A stretch of 64,000 bases of DNA, taken from the NCBI GenBank assembly GCA_013239625.1, contig MU054400.1:3012282-3076281 (forward strand). The letters run 5' to 3'. The notes under the pieces are model-generated. The model did no database searches. It was not told the DNA's origin and worked only from the letters and a program-made list of their open reading frames with translations. This DNA is from Lama guanicoe (lineage: Eukaryota). The position numbers were made by a program, and so were the translations under genes. Below, piece by piece: positions 24,701 to 38,098 of the stretch; within the stretch, counting starts at the first letter, position 1, and each line of letters begins with the position of its first letter.

Positions 24701-27487
24701 GATGCAGTGCTTTTGGTCTCAAATACTGAAGAGTCAAATGATCTCTTGGGTTAAAAACCATAAAGCTCAGGAGGCCGTCAAAAGCTCAGTAATACTGAAC
24801 ATTGAGATAATGGCAGCTTGAGGAAATGTGTAGGGTTGAAATGTGCAGCCTGGTACTGCAGAGGCACGGTTACCACAGGCCAGGGAGCATGCTGCCTTCC
24901 TTCTTTCCAAATGCTTCGCCCTCCCGGGACCCACTCAGAAAACTCCCCATCGAAAGGCATGAGGGTCGGAGGCGGGAGGAGGGGGGAGGCGGTCAGAGGA
25001 GCAGGGAGGGGCGTTGTCACTGTCTAATTTCACTTTGCTGATAAAATGAAGAATCTTTGTTTCAGCATCCCAATGTGGTTCTTAAACATGGGTGTGATTG
25101 AAGTTTTCAGCTTCACTGAGAGAAGACCTCTTTGCTCCTGATGACATCAAATGTAAAATGCAGTGAGACTGTAATCACTTCTAAGACTGGAGTGTTTGGC
25201 TCTTGAAATTGTGTACAGTGCACAAACAGGGGACAGCCAGACCCATGGGGGATGTCACTTGAGGTGACACGGAGTCCAGGAAGCTCCACATGTCCCTAGG
25301 GGGTTCCAGGGTCTGCTCACCCTCCCTTAGCTGCCCCGGGGAAGTTGGAGTGGAGCTGGGGGGACAGGCTGAGGACTGAGGCTGCCCTAAGGTTTGCCCT
25401 GGAAACGCGCTCAGTCGAGGGACGGCTGTGGAACAGTGGCAGGCTTAAGCCATCTGATAAGCTCCGGGTGATAACAGGGAAACCATCGAGAGTTACCTGA
25501 GTGGGGAAGAGAGCAGTGGCGTCGAGCCTTCACTTGGCCACATGAAAATGCTGGAAGATGACCACAGATTTGCATTCTGATTCCAGTGCACTCTAAGGAG
25601 GAGCAAGAACAGCTCCAAACACTAGGTCCCCACAATTCCCAGACCCTGACAACCATAGGTTTTCTAGACCTGGAGTTTTGCCTTCTTAAGAATGTCATAT
25701 AAATGACCTCACATGCTGGCATCCCAGAACTTTTCTAATATCAACTCATTGAATCTTCACAACCATATTCTGAGGTAGGTACAATTATTATAGAATGAAA
25801 GGATATGAAATGCCATGAAAAAGCAAAAAAATGTATGCAAACATGAGGTATTATGACCATCAATATTACTACAACTATTATTATTATTGTCATTATTCAT
25901 ATTATTATTTATGGTAGAATAGAGACCAGATCAATTCTCAATGGAAAAAGCATTCACAAAAATATTGCTAGCAATGAGGTCTAGCACCCTGTCTCTTGAC
26001 TAATTCAGAAGCACTTAGCTTGAAGTTACCACGTCCCAACCCTTATGTCTATGACCAGATCATAGTAAAAAATAATGGAAGATTTATCTAGACTGCAAAT
26101 AACAGCAATTTTAGGTGGAGCGATAATCATTTCCTGTTGTAAGAGAGAGGGTGACCAGGCTGTCACCGACACTCCTCCTGGCCGCATCCATTCATGACGC
26201 GTTCATGGAGCTGCATTCACTCAGGACTTCTAGGCAAGGCAGGAAGGGCTGGATCACTTCCCATGAAGCATCCCCTGGTTTGGTAGCCACATGTCACGGG
26301 AGCACCCCATCACTCTTCATAACAGGAGAGTCCTGATCTTCCTGGATGTGGTCAGAAAGCGCCCACAGTCTGACCACAATGGTTCCAGGTTCTCCTAGGA
26401 AAGTATTTTGCATAAATTGTTTCTCTCTCCTTCTTTTTTAACTTCATATAACAGATGCAAAACATAATAAATAATTAAATAAGGTCCAGCTATTTCTTAA
26501 AGTTCACAGCTATCATGAATTTTTAAGGAACAGATCAGGAGAAACTGCTGAAACCAAGCAAGCTGGTGTAGGATGTGACAAGGAGGTCTAGGAGCCTCTT
26601 CAATACTTAATGCGGCCGAAAGCCTCTGACAGCTAATCATCTCTTAATGGGGTTTGCTCTTTGGCCTGCATGTTTCTAAAGGAGTAAAATGTTTGGCTTC
26701 CAAGCAAGTTATCACTCACTCACTGAGTAAATACCACAAATTGGAAGTGGCCTCCCAGGCATCACTGGTCTTTGCTACTTGGGTTTCGAAGGTCTCAGAT
26801 TAGCATTACTCACCTTTAAATCACCAGTGTTTTCAAAGCCAGCTAGGCATTCACTTTGGACCCACAGAAAGCCTCCAGCCCGCCCCCATGCCTCCCACAC
26901 ACACAGAGGGGAGACTAGGCATCGCCGTGGATGGAGGACGAGCTGTGAGGAGCATGACCTTTGGGGGAAGACAAAATAATCGGCCAAGACGAAAGGCAAC
27001 ATTGGTATTTGAAATGGGAAAATGGGACTGGACAAGTGAGCTTTGAGAGGAGCTTCAAAGAAAGGGAATGGGAATCGGGAATGGACTGGGAGGGTCCACA
27101 CAGAGAGGAATGGATGCCGTAAGAGAGAAGACAAGGAGGGAGCCAGGAGGATGGTCGATGCCTTTTATATGAAGTCCAGCAGGAGGAGGGGAGCTAAGCT
27201 TGTTACCGCGCCTCTTGTCAACCGATGCACCTGGAAATTGGGTTGTGCACTCCTCATAAACTTGTAACAGGGACAAAACAGCTTTGTATATTTGTACAAA
27301 GTGAGAAAGAGCCTGGGCTCCCAGCATGAATGGTAGTGGGATGGAGAGCTGTCTTCAGCACTGCTGGTCATCAGTGCACGTCTGCACTTGCTCACCAAGT
27401 TCCTTGACTTTCCCAAATCCTAGTTTTCCATTGTACAAAAATAAATCCTATTGTTTGTTAAGCCACGGGAAATTTCCACAGTTTACA
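18744..27487. repeat. Head-to-tail tandem duplication, unit 4372 bp (copy A 18744-23115, copy B 23116-27487)
   Basis: Near-identical sequence and repeated ORFs at a constant offset of 4372 (18977/23349, 20102/24474). Gapless junction tttaca|ccgtgg. Confidence 0.97.
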
Positions 27488-27799
27488 GCCTAGTGACCAA
27501 AGTGTATGTACCCAAAGAGTATTTCTTAGGTAAAAAATAAATATTGTAGTTGAACTGACTATATATGCCCAATGTGATTTAAAAATAATAAAATCAATGA
27601 TTTATGACACAAGAAAGCTTCACCAAGGGCCTTTTAGTATTGCTTCCAGGGTTTATTATTACCTTAACACCTTTCAAACAGGTAGGTTTAAAGGATGCTC
27701 AGGCATTTTAACTAGAATACAGTTGTTATTTTTGTTTTGAACCAGATCATCCTATACACATTGCCATCAAAATTATGAAGTGCATTGGAAATAAACATT

Positions 27800-27867
27800 N
27801 NNNNNNNNNNNNNNNNNNNNNNNNNNNNNNNNNNNNNNNNNNNNNNNNNNNNNNNNNNNNNNNNNNN
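27800..27867. other. Assembly gap (68 N)
   Basis: Run of N. Confidence 1.
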
Positions 27868-30800
27868 AGAGCTCCCCGGAGAGAGCGACTTCCCCATCAA
27901 TGTTATACTGACACGGACACACAGCAGTGTCTGTAGCAGAATGAACTGGAAAGGAAGAGAACCTTGTTCATTTTTAACTGGCTCTGGTGCATGAAGTCCT
28001 CAGCTCAGGCTAATAGTGGAGTGTCCATCGTGGCAGGGTCCTCGGTGTTAACTGACAAGCTAGGGTTAATGGTGGGGCTGCTCTGAGGGGTCCATCCAGA
28101 AACTTGATCTGTCACTTATTGGACCTGTTGCGTCCAGAGCAGCAGGAACCACAGTAATTACAGCTGGTACAGGGGAGCTTTTTTTTTTCCTACTCTGTTG
28201 GCAAATCACTGATTCCTTCCTTTACTAAAAGCTCACCAGAATACCAGCCTTTCTGAGTTATTTCCATAGAAACAATTTCACATTCAAGTGTCGGTACTAA
28301 ACCAACAGAATGCTGCCACCTCAGCAGAGACAGTGACACGAATACATACCGCACCTGCTTTCCTGGTTGTCTTTGCTCGTCACATGTCAGTCCCTGTGGG
28401 CTTTTCACTCTGAAGGGATGCAGTGCTTTTGGTCTCAAATACTGAAGAGTCAAATGATCTCTTGGGTTAAAAACCATAAAGCTCAGGAGGCCGTCAAAAG
28501 CTCAGTAATACTGAACATTGAGATAATGGCAGCTTGAGGAAATGTGTAGGGTTGAAATGTGCAGCCTGGTACTGCAGAGGCACGGTTACCACAGGCCAGG
28601 GAGCATGCTGCCTTCCTTCTTTCCAAATGCTTCGCCCTCCCGGGACCCACTCAGAAAACTCCCCATCGAAAGGCATGAGGGTCGGAGGCGGGAGGAGGGG
28701 GGAGGCGGTCAGAGGAGCAGGGAGGGGCGTTGTCACTGTCTAATTTCACTTTGCTGATAAAATGAAGAATCTTTGTTTCAGCATCCCAATGTGGTTCTTA
28801 AACATGGGTGTGATTGAAGTTTTCAGCTTCACTGAGAGAAGACCTCTTTGCTCCTGATGACATCAAATGTAAAATGCAGTGAGACTGTAATCACTTCTAA
28901 GACTGGAGTGTTTGGCTCTTGAAATTGTGTACAGTGCACAAACAGGGGACAGCCAGACCCATGGGGGATGTCACTTGAGGTGACACGGAGTCCAGGAAGC
29001 TCCACATGTCCCTAGGGGGTTCCAGGGTCTGCTCACCCTCCCTTAGCTGCCCCGGGGAAGTTGGAGTGGAGCTGGGGGGACAGGCTGAGGACTGAGGCTG
29101 CCCTAAGGTTTGCCCTGGAAACGCGCTCAGTCGAGGGACGGCTGTGGAACAGTGGCAGGCTTAAGCCATCTGATAAGCTCCGGGTGATAACAGGGAAACC
29201 ATCGAGAGTTACCTGAGTGGGGAAGAGAGCGGTGGCGTCGAGCCTTCACTTGGCCACATGAAAATGCTGGCAGACGACCACAGATTTGCATTCTGATTCC
29301 AGTGCACTCTAAGGAGGAGCAAGAACAGCTCCAAACACTAGGTCCCCACAATTCCCAGACCCTGACAACCATAGGTTTTCTAGACCTGGAGTTTTGCCTT
29401 CTTAAGAATGTCATATAAATGACCTCACATGCTGGCATCCCAGAACTTTTCTAATATCAACTCATTGAATCTTCACAACCATATTCTGAGGTAGGTACAA
29501 TTATTATAGAATGAAAGGATGTGAAATGCCATGAAAAAGCAAAAAAATGTATGCAAACATGAGGTATTATGACCATCAATATTACTACAACTATTATTAT
29601 TATTGTCATTATTCATATTATTATTTATGGTAGAATAGAGACCAGATCAATTCTCAATGGAAAAAGCATTCACAAAAATATTGCTAGCAATGAGGTCTAG
29701 CACCCTGTCTCTTGACTAATTCAGAAGCACTTAGCTTGAAGTTACCACGTCCCAACCCTTATGTCTATGACCAGATCATAGTAAAAAATAATGGAAGATT
29801 TATCTAGACTGCAAATAACAGCAATTTTAGGTGGAGCGATAATCATTTTCTATTGTAAGAGAGAGGGTGACCAGGCTGTCACCGACACTCCTCCTGGCCA
29901 CATCCATTCATGACGCGTTCATGGAGCTGCATTCACTCAGGACTTCTAGGCAAGGCAGGAAGGGCTGGATCACTTCCCATGAAGCATCCCCTGGTTTGGT
30001 AGCCACATGTCACGGGAGCACCCCATCACTCTTCATAACAGGAGAGTCCTGATCTTCCTGGATGTGGTCAGAAAGCGCCCACAGTCTGACCACAATGGTT
30101 CCAGGTTCTCCTAGGAAAGTATTTTGCATAAATTGTTTCTCTCTCCTTCTTTTTTAACTTCATATAACAGATGCAAAACATAATAAATAATTAAATAAGG
30201 TCCAGCTATTTCTTAAAGTTCACAGCTATCATGAATTTTTAAGGAACAGATCAGGAGAAACTGCTGAAACCAAGCAAGCTGGTGTAGGATGTGACAAGGA
30301 GGTCTAGGAGCCTCTTCAATACTTAATGCGGCCGAAAGCCTCTGACAGCTAATCATCTCTTAATGGGGTTTGCTCTTTGGCCTGCATGTTTCTAAAGGAG
30401 TAAAATGTTTGGCTTCCAAGCAAGTTATCACTCACTCACTGAGTAAATACCACAAATTGGAAGTGGCCTCCCAGGCATCACTGGTCTTTGCTACTTGGGT
30501 TTCGAAGGTCTCAGATTAGCATTACTCACCTTTAAATCACCAGTGTTTTCAAAGCCAGCTAGGCATTCACTTTGGACCCACAGAAAGCCTCCAGCCCGCC
30601 CCCATGCCTCCCACACACACAGAGGGGAGACTAGGCATCGCCGTGGATGGAGGACGAGCTGTGAGGAGCATGACCTTTGGGGGAAGACAAAATAATCGGC
30701 CAAGACGAAAGGCAACATTGGTATTTGAAATGGGAAAATGGGACTGGACAAGTGAGCTTTGAGAGGAGCTTCAAAGAAAGGGAATGGGAATCGGGAATGG

Positions 30801-31518
30801 ACTGGGAGGGTCCACACAGAGAGGAATGGATGCCGTAAGAGGAGAGAAGACAAGGAGGGAGCCAGGAGGATGGTCGATGCCTTTTATGTGAAGTCCAGCA
30901 GGAGGAGGGGAGCTAAGCTTGTTACCGCCCCTCTTGTCAACCGATGCACCTGGAAATTGGGTTGTGCACTCCTCATAAACTTGTAACAGGGACAAAACAG
31001 CTTTGTATATTTGTACAAAGTGAGAAAGAGCCTGGGCTCCCAGCATGAATGGTAGTGGGATGGAGAGCTGTCTTCAGCACTGCTGGTCATCAGTGCACGT
31101 CTGCACTTGCTCACCAAGTTCCTTGACTTTCCCAAATCCTAGTTTTCCATTGTACAAAAATAAATCCTATTGTTTGTTAAGCCACAGGAAATTTCCACAG
31201 TTTACAGCCTAGTGACCAAAGTGTATGTACCCAAAGAGTATTTCTTAGGTAAAAAATAAATATTGTAGTTGAACTGACTATATATGCCCAATGTGATTTA
31301 AAAATAATAAAATCAATGATTTATGACACAAGAAAGCTTCACCAAGGGCCTTTTAGTATTGCTTCCAGGGTTTATTATTACCTTAACACCTTTCAAACAG
31401 GTAGGTTTAAAGGATGCTCAGGCATTTTAACTAGAATACAGTTGTTATTTTTGTTTTGAACCAGATCATCCTATACACATTGCCATCAAAATTATGAAGT
31501 GCATTGGAAATAAACATT
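27868..31518. repeat. Third partial copy (C), duplicating 24152-27799 on the far side of the gap
   Basis: Offset 3716 from copy B (3719 after a 3-bp insertion near 30840). The match ends exactly where the pre-gap contig ends (ataaacatt). Confidence 0.97.
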
Positions 31519-33939
31519 AAGAGCTAAAAAAAAAAACCCCCACAGTTCTCTTCTTGATATGTTTTAAAAACAGAATTCATTATTTTCCCCAACTTGATCT
31601 ATTTTAGGTGCTATGGAATTTCATTTTGGCCATTGGCCTCAGATATTATTCTCATTAGCTTTGCTGATTTAAGCAGGTTGCAATGATTAGCAGCCCTGAT
31701 GGCCATCCCATCCTTTTCTTTTTCATGGTTTAACTTCCTTCTTTAGTCCCAGTCCTTTTTCTCCAGCCTCAGAGGATATGAGATGCTAGTCACCATCTGT
31801 AGAGCAATACTCCCTCATTTTATGCATTGTGACATCTTCCTAAACTTCGTTCCTAGATCGAATAGCCCCAGGTTTGCACCATAAACACCCCCATCTACTG
31901 TACAGATGATAAACCAAGGACTGAATGGGATCTCACACACAACTTCGAGAACCTTTATACTTTGTGTGAACCCCAGTAATTTTGGTTGCATTTTATTTAG
32001 AAGTTTTGACTTTTATTGAATGGTTTATTTGAGTGTCAATTTGGTGAGCCAGTTCCCACCTATTTAATCTAAGGTTTGTTATATGAAGAGTTAAGAGAAG
32101 TTATTGGAGGATAGATGGGAAGGTAGAGAACAGGGATCTCTTGCAAGGAACACATTGAGAATTCCTCCCCAAATATCAGCACTCAGAAGGAACTCGAAGA
32201 TGTGGTCTGCTTGCCAACCAGCACCCTGATGCCCTGCTAGATGTAACTGATGAGCACCCATCCTTCTTGAGCCGTGTGCTCCATCAGCAAAGCCAGAGCG
32301 TGCCTGCAGTGTTACCAGAGCTGCACTAAAGGGTGCTGGGCTTCCCAGGGCTTAGAATCATCACTGAGCTGTAGGAGGGAGGGTGAGTTCCTGGAAGCGG
32401 TGGAACTTGAGCTTGCCTTTAGGAGACTTCCCAGAAGGTCTAAAAAGGGGAGATCAAACTTTCCAAGAGGCATGAGTGGGTTTGGCTTGGGTGAGGAGCC
32501 ACAGCGAAGTTTGCTGGCTGAATACAGTGGAGATTGCAGAAGCCAGAAACCCAGAGTGACCCATCCAAGCGAGTACAAGATGTCCAGTGGGGTAAGCTAC
32601 TTAAATTTTCTGAATTTGGGGGGCATTACTTGTAACATGAAGGCAAGCCAGTGTCTACCCAAGAGGGTAATTATTGGGTTCAAGTGAAATCATTGAGTAG
32701 AAATTCTTTGTAAAGGTAAACTGCTATGTGTTGGCAGAGGACCATGGTGGCAAAGTGGTGGCAAGTGGGTAATTAGAGAACTAGACCCCCGGTCTTGGGG
32801 TGAGGAAAATAAAACTTGCCAGTCCAAGTCAGCTCCCCAGCGAAGTGGATTTCCCACGTGGCATCGGTTCATTTCCGGTGAGGTGAGTGAAGGCATGTGC
32901 CCAACCCAAGCTGATCACTGGAGAGTCTCTCCTGGCACCATGGCATAGCTGGCGGTCAAAGCAGCAGTCCTGACTCCCGGTGTCATATTTGGGGTCACAT
33001 TCCATCTCACAGATATTTAAGCAACAGTGTGAGGGCAACTTGCCAAGTCACACAATACAAAACAAATATCTCTTTGTGATTGTTGCCTCAGAGTATGTGG
33101 TTTTGTGAGGTTCCCAAACCATCCAGTGACTGTGTCTGGAATGTGACAATAATTTGTAACAATGGTGGCATTCGCGCTCTCTCTCTTTTTTTAGATTTTT
33201 ATTTTTTGGTCAACTTTTGTGACATGCTCCTAAATCCTGAGAAAGGGCTGCAAAAGAAATGTTCAGAAATGTTCTAAATGGGTTCAGAAAACTTGTGAAC
33301 CCCGCCTGAACTTTTATTAGAGTCTCCCACCACTCAGTCGTTTGACATCAGAACAAGGAAAGCATTATTTGTAACAGCATGTGTGAAATCCCGGAGGGGA
33401 TTCTTGAAAGAATTAGAGTGAAAAATCTGTCCCAAAGAGACTGCAGGCGGAAAGTAAATGATCAGCTGGGAAAACATGTAAATCAAAATATGAATCTTTT
33501 TTTTTTCTCTCCTTTGAAGGACACAAGAGCTTTCTCTTGGGTCATCAGCAATACAGGACAGAGGACCCGGAAGAGTAGGTGTTGTAATCAGAGGGGACCC
33601 CAGAGCACTTGTCACTGTGGAGGAGGGAGTGTGAAAGAGGTGTCGTGCTGGCTCTTCCATGGCTCCAGAATGACTGCCTCCTATCGAGAAAATAAGATAA
33701 TAATGGCTGCAGAGAAAGAAGCAACACCTAGAAAGCGTTTAAGGCAATAACACATATAAAGAGCTTTCACAGATATTGTCTGCTTAAATATTTAGCTGGT
33801 GATGACCCTGGGAGGTATATATTGCTGCCCAGATTATATAGTTGGGAAAACTAGGGCCCTAGTCAAGGTGACCCAACTGGGAAATAGCGCGATGGAGTAT
33901 GCCCTGGAACCCAGAGGTGTGGTTTTGTTTTGTTTAATT

Positions 33940-34370
33940 CTTTTTTTTTTTTTGAAGTGTAGTCGATTTACAATGTTAGTTTCAGGTGAACAGCAAAGCG
34001 ATTCAGTTATACAGACATACATATATTTTCAGATTTTTTTCCATTACAGCTCATTACAAGAAATTGAACACAGTTCCCTGTCAGTCCTTGTTGTTTATCT
34101 ATTTTATAATATAGTAATAACATTCATTATATTCGTTTCAGGTATACAACAAAATGATTTGATATTCGTATATATTGCAAAGTGATCAGCACGATAAGTC
34201 TAGTTAACATCTGTCACCTCACATAGTTACAGTTTTTTCATTGTGATGAAAACTTCCAGGGTCTCCTTTCACATATGCAATACAGTATTATTAATTATGG
34301 TCACCATGTTGTACATTACATCCCCGAGGCTTATTTATTTTGCAACTGGGAATTTGTACCTTTTGCCCCC
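33940..34370 (-). mobile_element. Two adjacent or nested L1 3'-end fragments
   Basis: T14, then gaagtgtagtcgatttacaatgtt...gattcagttatac. A second terminus reads tttcaggtatacaacaaaatgatt...gtcaccatgttgtacattacatcccc. Confidence 0.75.
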
Positions 34371-36642
34371 CTGCTAATGTCATGAATTGAATGTTGTCCA
34401 CTGCACCACAGCTGGGAACGCATAAAAAAGATGGAGAACCTGGCGTCTCCAAGGGTTAACATGTCCCGAAGTGGGTTTTTCGTGTCTGGTTCTAGGAATG
34501 TATGTAAGTGGTTCCTGATCGCTCTCCCTCTCCCCCACAAACACACATTAAAATTAGTTTAGCTCACTACGTTAAAGGCAAATCTGTTCTTGCTGCCAAA
34601 CTCCGGAGACACCTCAAGGGAATTGTGTGCATTATAAATCTCCAGGAAATGAAGAGGGTTACAGATTATAGTATATTTGACACATTTGACCTAGGAACAT
34701 GCATAGAGAGCTAGCTCTTAATACTTTGAGGGCCCCATATCCAAAAGAACAATTTAATGTCCCACCCAGTCTTCTTTCTACTCCCACAGACCAACTATAT
34801 GTTGATCATATATCTGGGTATATGATCTAATCTCAATAGTTTTCCAATTCTAATTTCAGTATTTCAGTTTCACTTATTTCACTATTCCCATAAAATAAGT
34901 AACGATGTCTTTTTCACTAGAAACCTGAGCAGAGGCCTCTCACTCCACAAAACTCTGCGGCACGTAGCTCCCTGCACTGCCAGTAGAGCCTCTCCTTGGT
35001 GCTGGATGCAGGCTGCCAGCACTGGGGGACCATTCCACCTGGGTGCCCCGAGTGTTTGTAAGTATCTGAAAATGTAGGGAACTCCCTGTGTGTTAGCAGA
35101 TTTCCTTTCCTGAAGTCCGGGGTACGTGGCGTTACTGGGATGTGAGCCCGGAAGGCATCCATCCTACCAGAAACACGCCAATAAGGCTGTGCCAGTATGA
35201 CCACCAGCATCCGTTCTGGTCAGTGCCTGTGTCACCCAGGTTGTGTTTTGAGTATCAGCCGTGATGGTGAGTGTTGCCACCACCTTCAGGCGTGTCTGAG
35301 CAGTTCCATGAGGGAAGTCTGTGCTCCTTGAACAGTGACTATGGAGGGAGGAGAGAGTGAGGAAATTGAAAGCTGATGGAAGGCAACGAGCCTGCACTTA
35401 GCGCAGGAGCTGTTGGTCCAAGCTGAGCAGTAAAGATACGGGAGCATCTTAACCCTGAGCCAGCAAGTTATGTCTCGACTTGTCAGAGTTGGATTCTCAT
35501 ACAGAGAAGAATGGGCGGAAAGCACCCTTTCACTGACGTGCTTTCTTTGATGCTAAGAGCATCATTTGAAATCACCAAGCAAATTAGACATCTCTGACAC
35601 TCGCTGCTCCTTGGGCTCCAGAGCTGAGCAGCATTTTTTAGGCACTGTTAGTCCACTTCCTTCCCTCAATGAGTCAGAAGTGGATATTGAGATTTATAAG
35701 TGGGCGGAAATTCTGTGTGGCGTTAGTCTCAGAACTCAGGGGCCGAGAGCTGTCGGTGAAGTAGGATTCCTGCTGTCGGTGAGCACACCTTCTGCCCCGG
35801 TGTCAGCATGACCTTTGGGCTGGTAAGTGCTGGGGTTCACCACTGTGGAAAGTGGGACCTGCCACCCATCGGGCTACTGGGCAGAGATCCAACCTTGGTT
35901 TTAAAATCAGAGACTCTACAGGCTACAAAACTGAATATGTATGGAATTTTAAATTTTTCTCCAGGAAGTAGGAAATCATAAATAAGTCCCTTTGGTTAAA
36001 GTTTTCTCTGCCTGTGCTAATGCTGTTGCCAGCTAATGCCACAGCCTTGGTGTTTTCACCAAGATGGGCTTTTTGAAAACCATTCTTACTTCTTTACTTC
36101 TGTTTACTAAGCTCAGTTGAAGAGCCCTGTAGTAGAGGAAAGTCTGAGCTCAGAGTCAAAGACCAAACTTTGTGTCCATAGCAACCTGAACCTCAGTGGC
36201 CTCATCAGTAAAATGGGTTTGTGGCGAGGATGTTCAAGGCAGTGCTTTGAGCTGCCTGTTTAGGTGGAAGGAAGCCCTGTCCTTGGTAAGGAAGCAGAGT
36301 CACTCAGCGGGGTTGTTTAGATGCAAAACCCTCTACTTGTGTGTGATCCTGGACAGAGTTATCTTGTTACTTAGAAGCTCAAGTCACCCTCCTACCAGAA
36401 AGTCTGTGTGTCTGTGTGAACATCTACCCAGTCATCATCTCTGCTTCTGTCTAGTTTTGAGAACAAGAGAATTGCAAATAATGGGAGAAAAATCCATTGA
36501 CCACTCTTTGCCCTCTATCTCTGTGGCTTGAGGTTATAAAGAAAATTTCATTTCCCTTATTATTTATAAACAATCAAAATTAATAAACACAAAGAAAAGG
36601 AAGGGAAAAATATCCCCCACATCTCCCTTCCACACCTTTTCC

Positions 36643-37094
<452 letters not shown>

Positions 37095-37789
37095 TGACGC
37101 CGAGAGGCACTCCTCGGCTGGAAGTTGAGCCCCAGGCTCATGTGGCTCTGTGGCGAGCAGCACCTCCCAGGTGGCCTGCCCTGTACCTAAATGTCATGGC
37201 CTCAGTAGGGTCACCGTCCAAATGTAGGAGTTCTAGAAAAAGTGCAGCGTTTGCTGATACGCCTGTGATTCCCTGGCGGTGGGACCGAGGAGTCGTTCTG
37301 TGCTGCTCATCTGGTAAATTAATAGCAGATGTGGGCGTTCCCACACCCCTGGAGTCCAGCTAGGTTTTTGGTATGATTCCAGTAAAGTTTCAAGCTTCTT
37401 TCCTTTTTTGCACATTTCACTAGAACATTTACTTCTAGTGAGAAACTCAAGCATTTTGTTTGCCTTTTCTAAGCCTTTTGCAAATATGTCTATGTTTGAG
37501 GCGTAACTTCTTGATCAGGCCCCTCACTTCTTCAGGCCCACGTCTGTCTGTTATCCAGTTCCGTAACCCAGTATGACTGCTTATTTCTGTAGCGTGGGGT
37601 TCCCTGGCCAGTCAGAGTCCTGACACAAAAGTGACCCAGGTTCCATCTCAGGCCAGTAAAACGAAAATACTCTGGAATTTCAGGGTATGGTTTGAGAGCG
37701 TTGTAGAGACAAAAATTATTTCTCCACCAGTTTGGTGAAATCGGTGTGGCTTGAAAACTGGATAGAAACCCATCAAATTAACCATATGA

Positions 37790-38098
<309 letters not shown>

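Noticed and set aside
18660..31135. Recurrent identical short ORFs suggesting a gene array
   Set aside because: They result from the segmental duplication of intronic DNA. None resembles a known protein.
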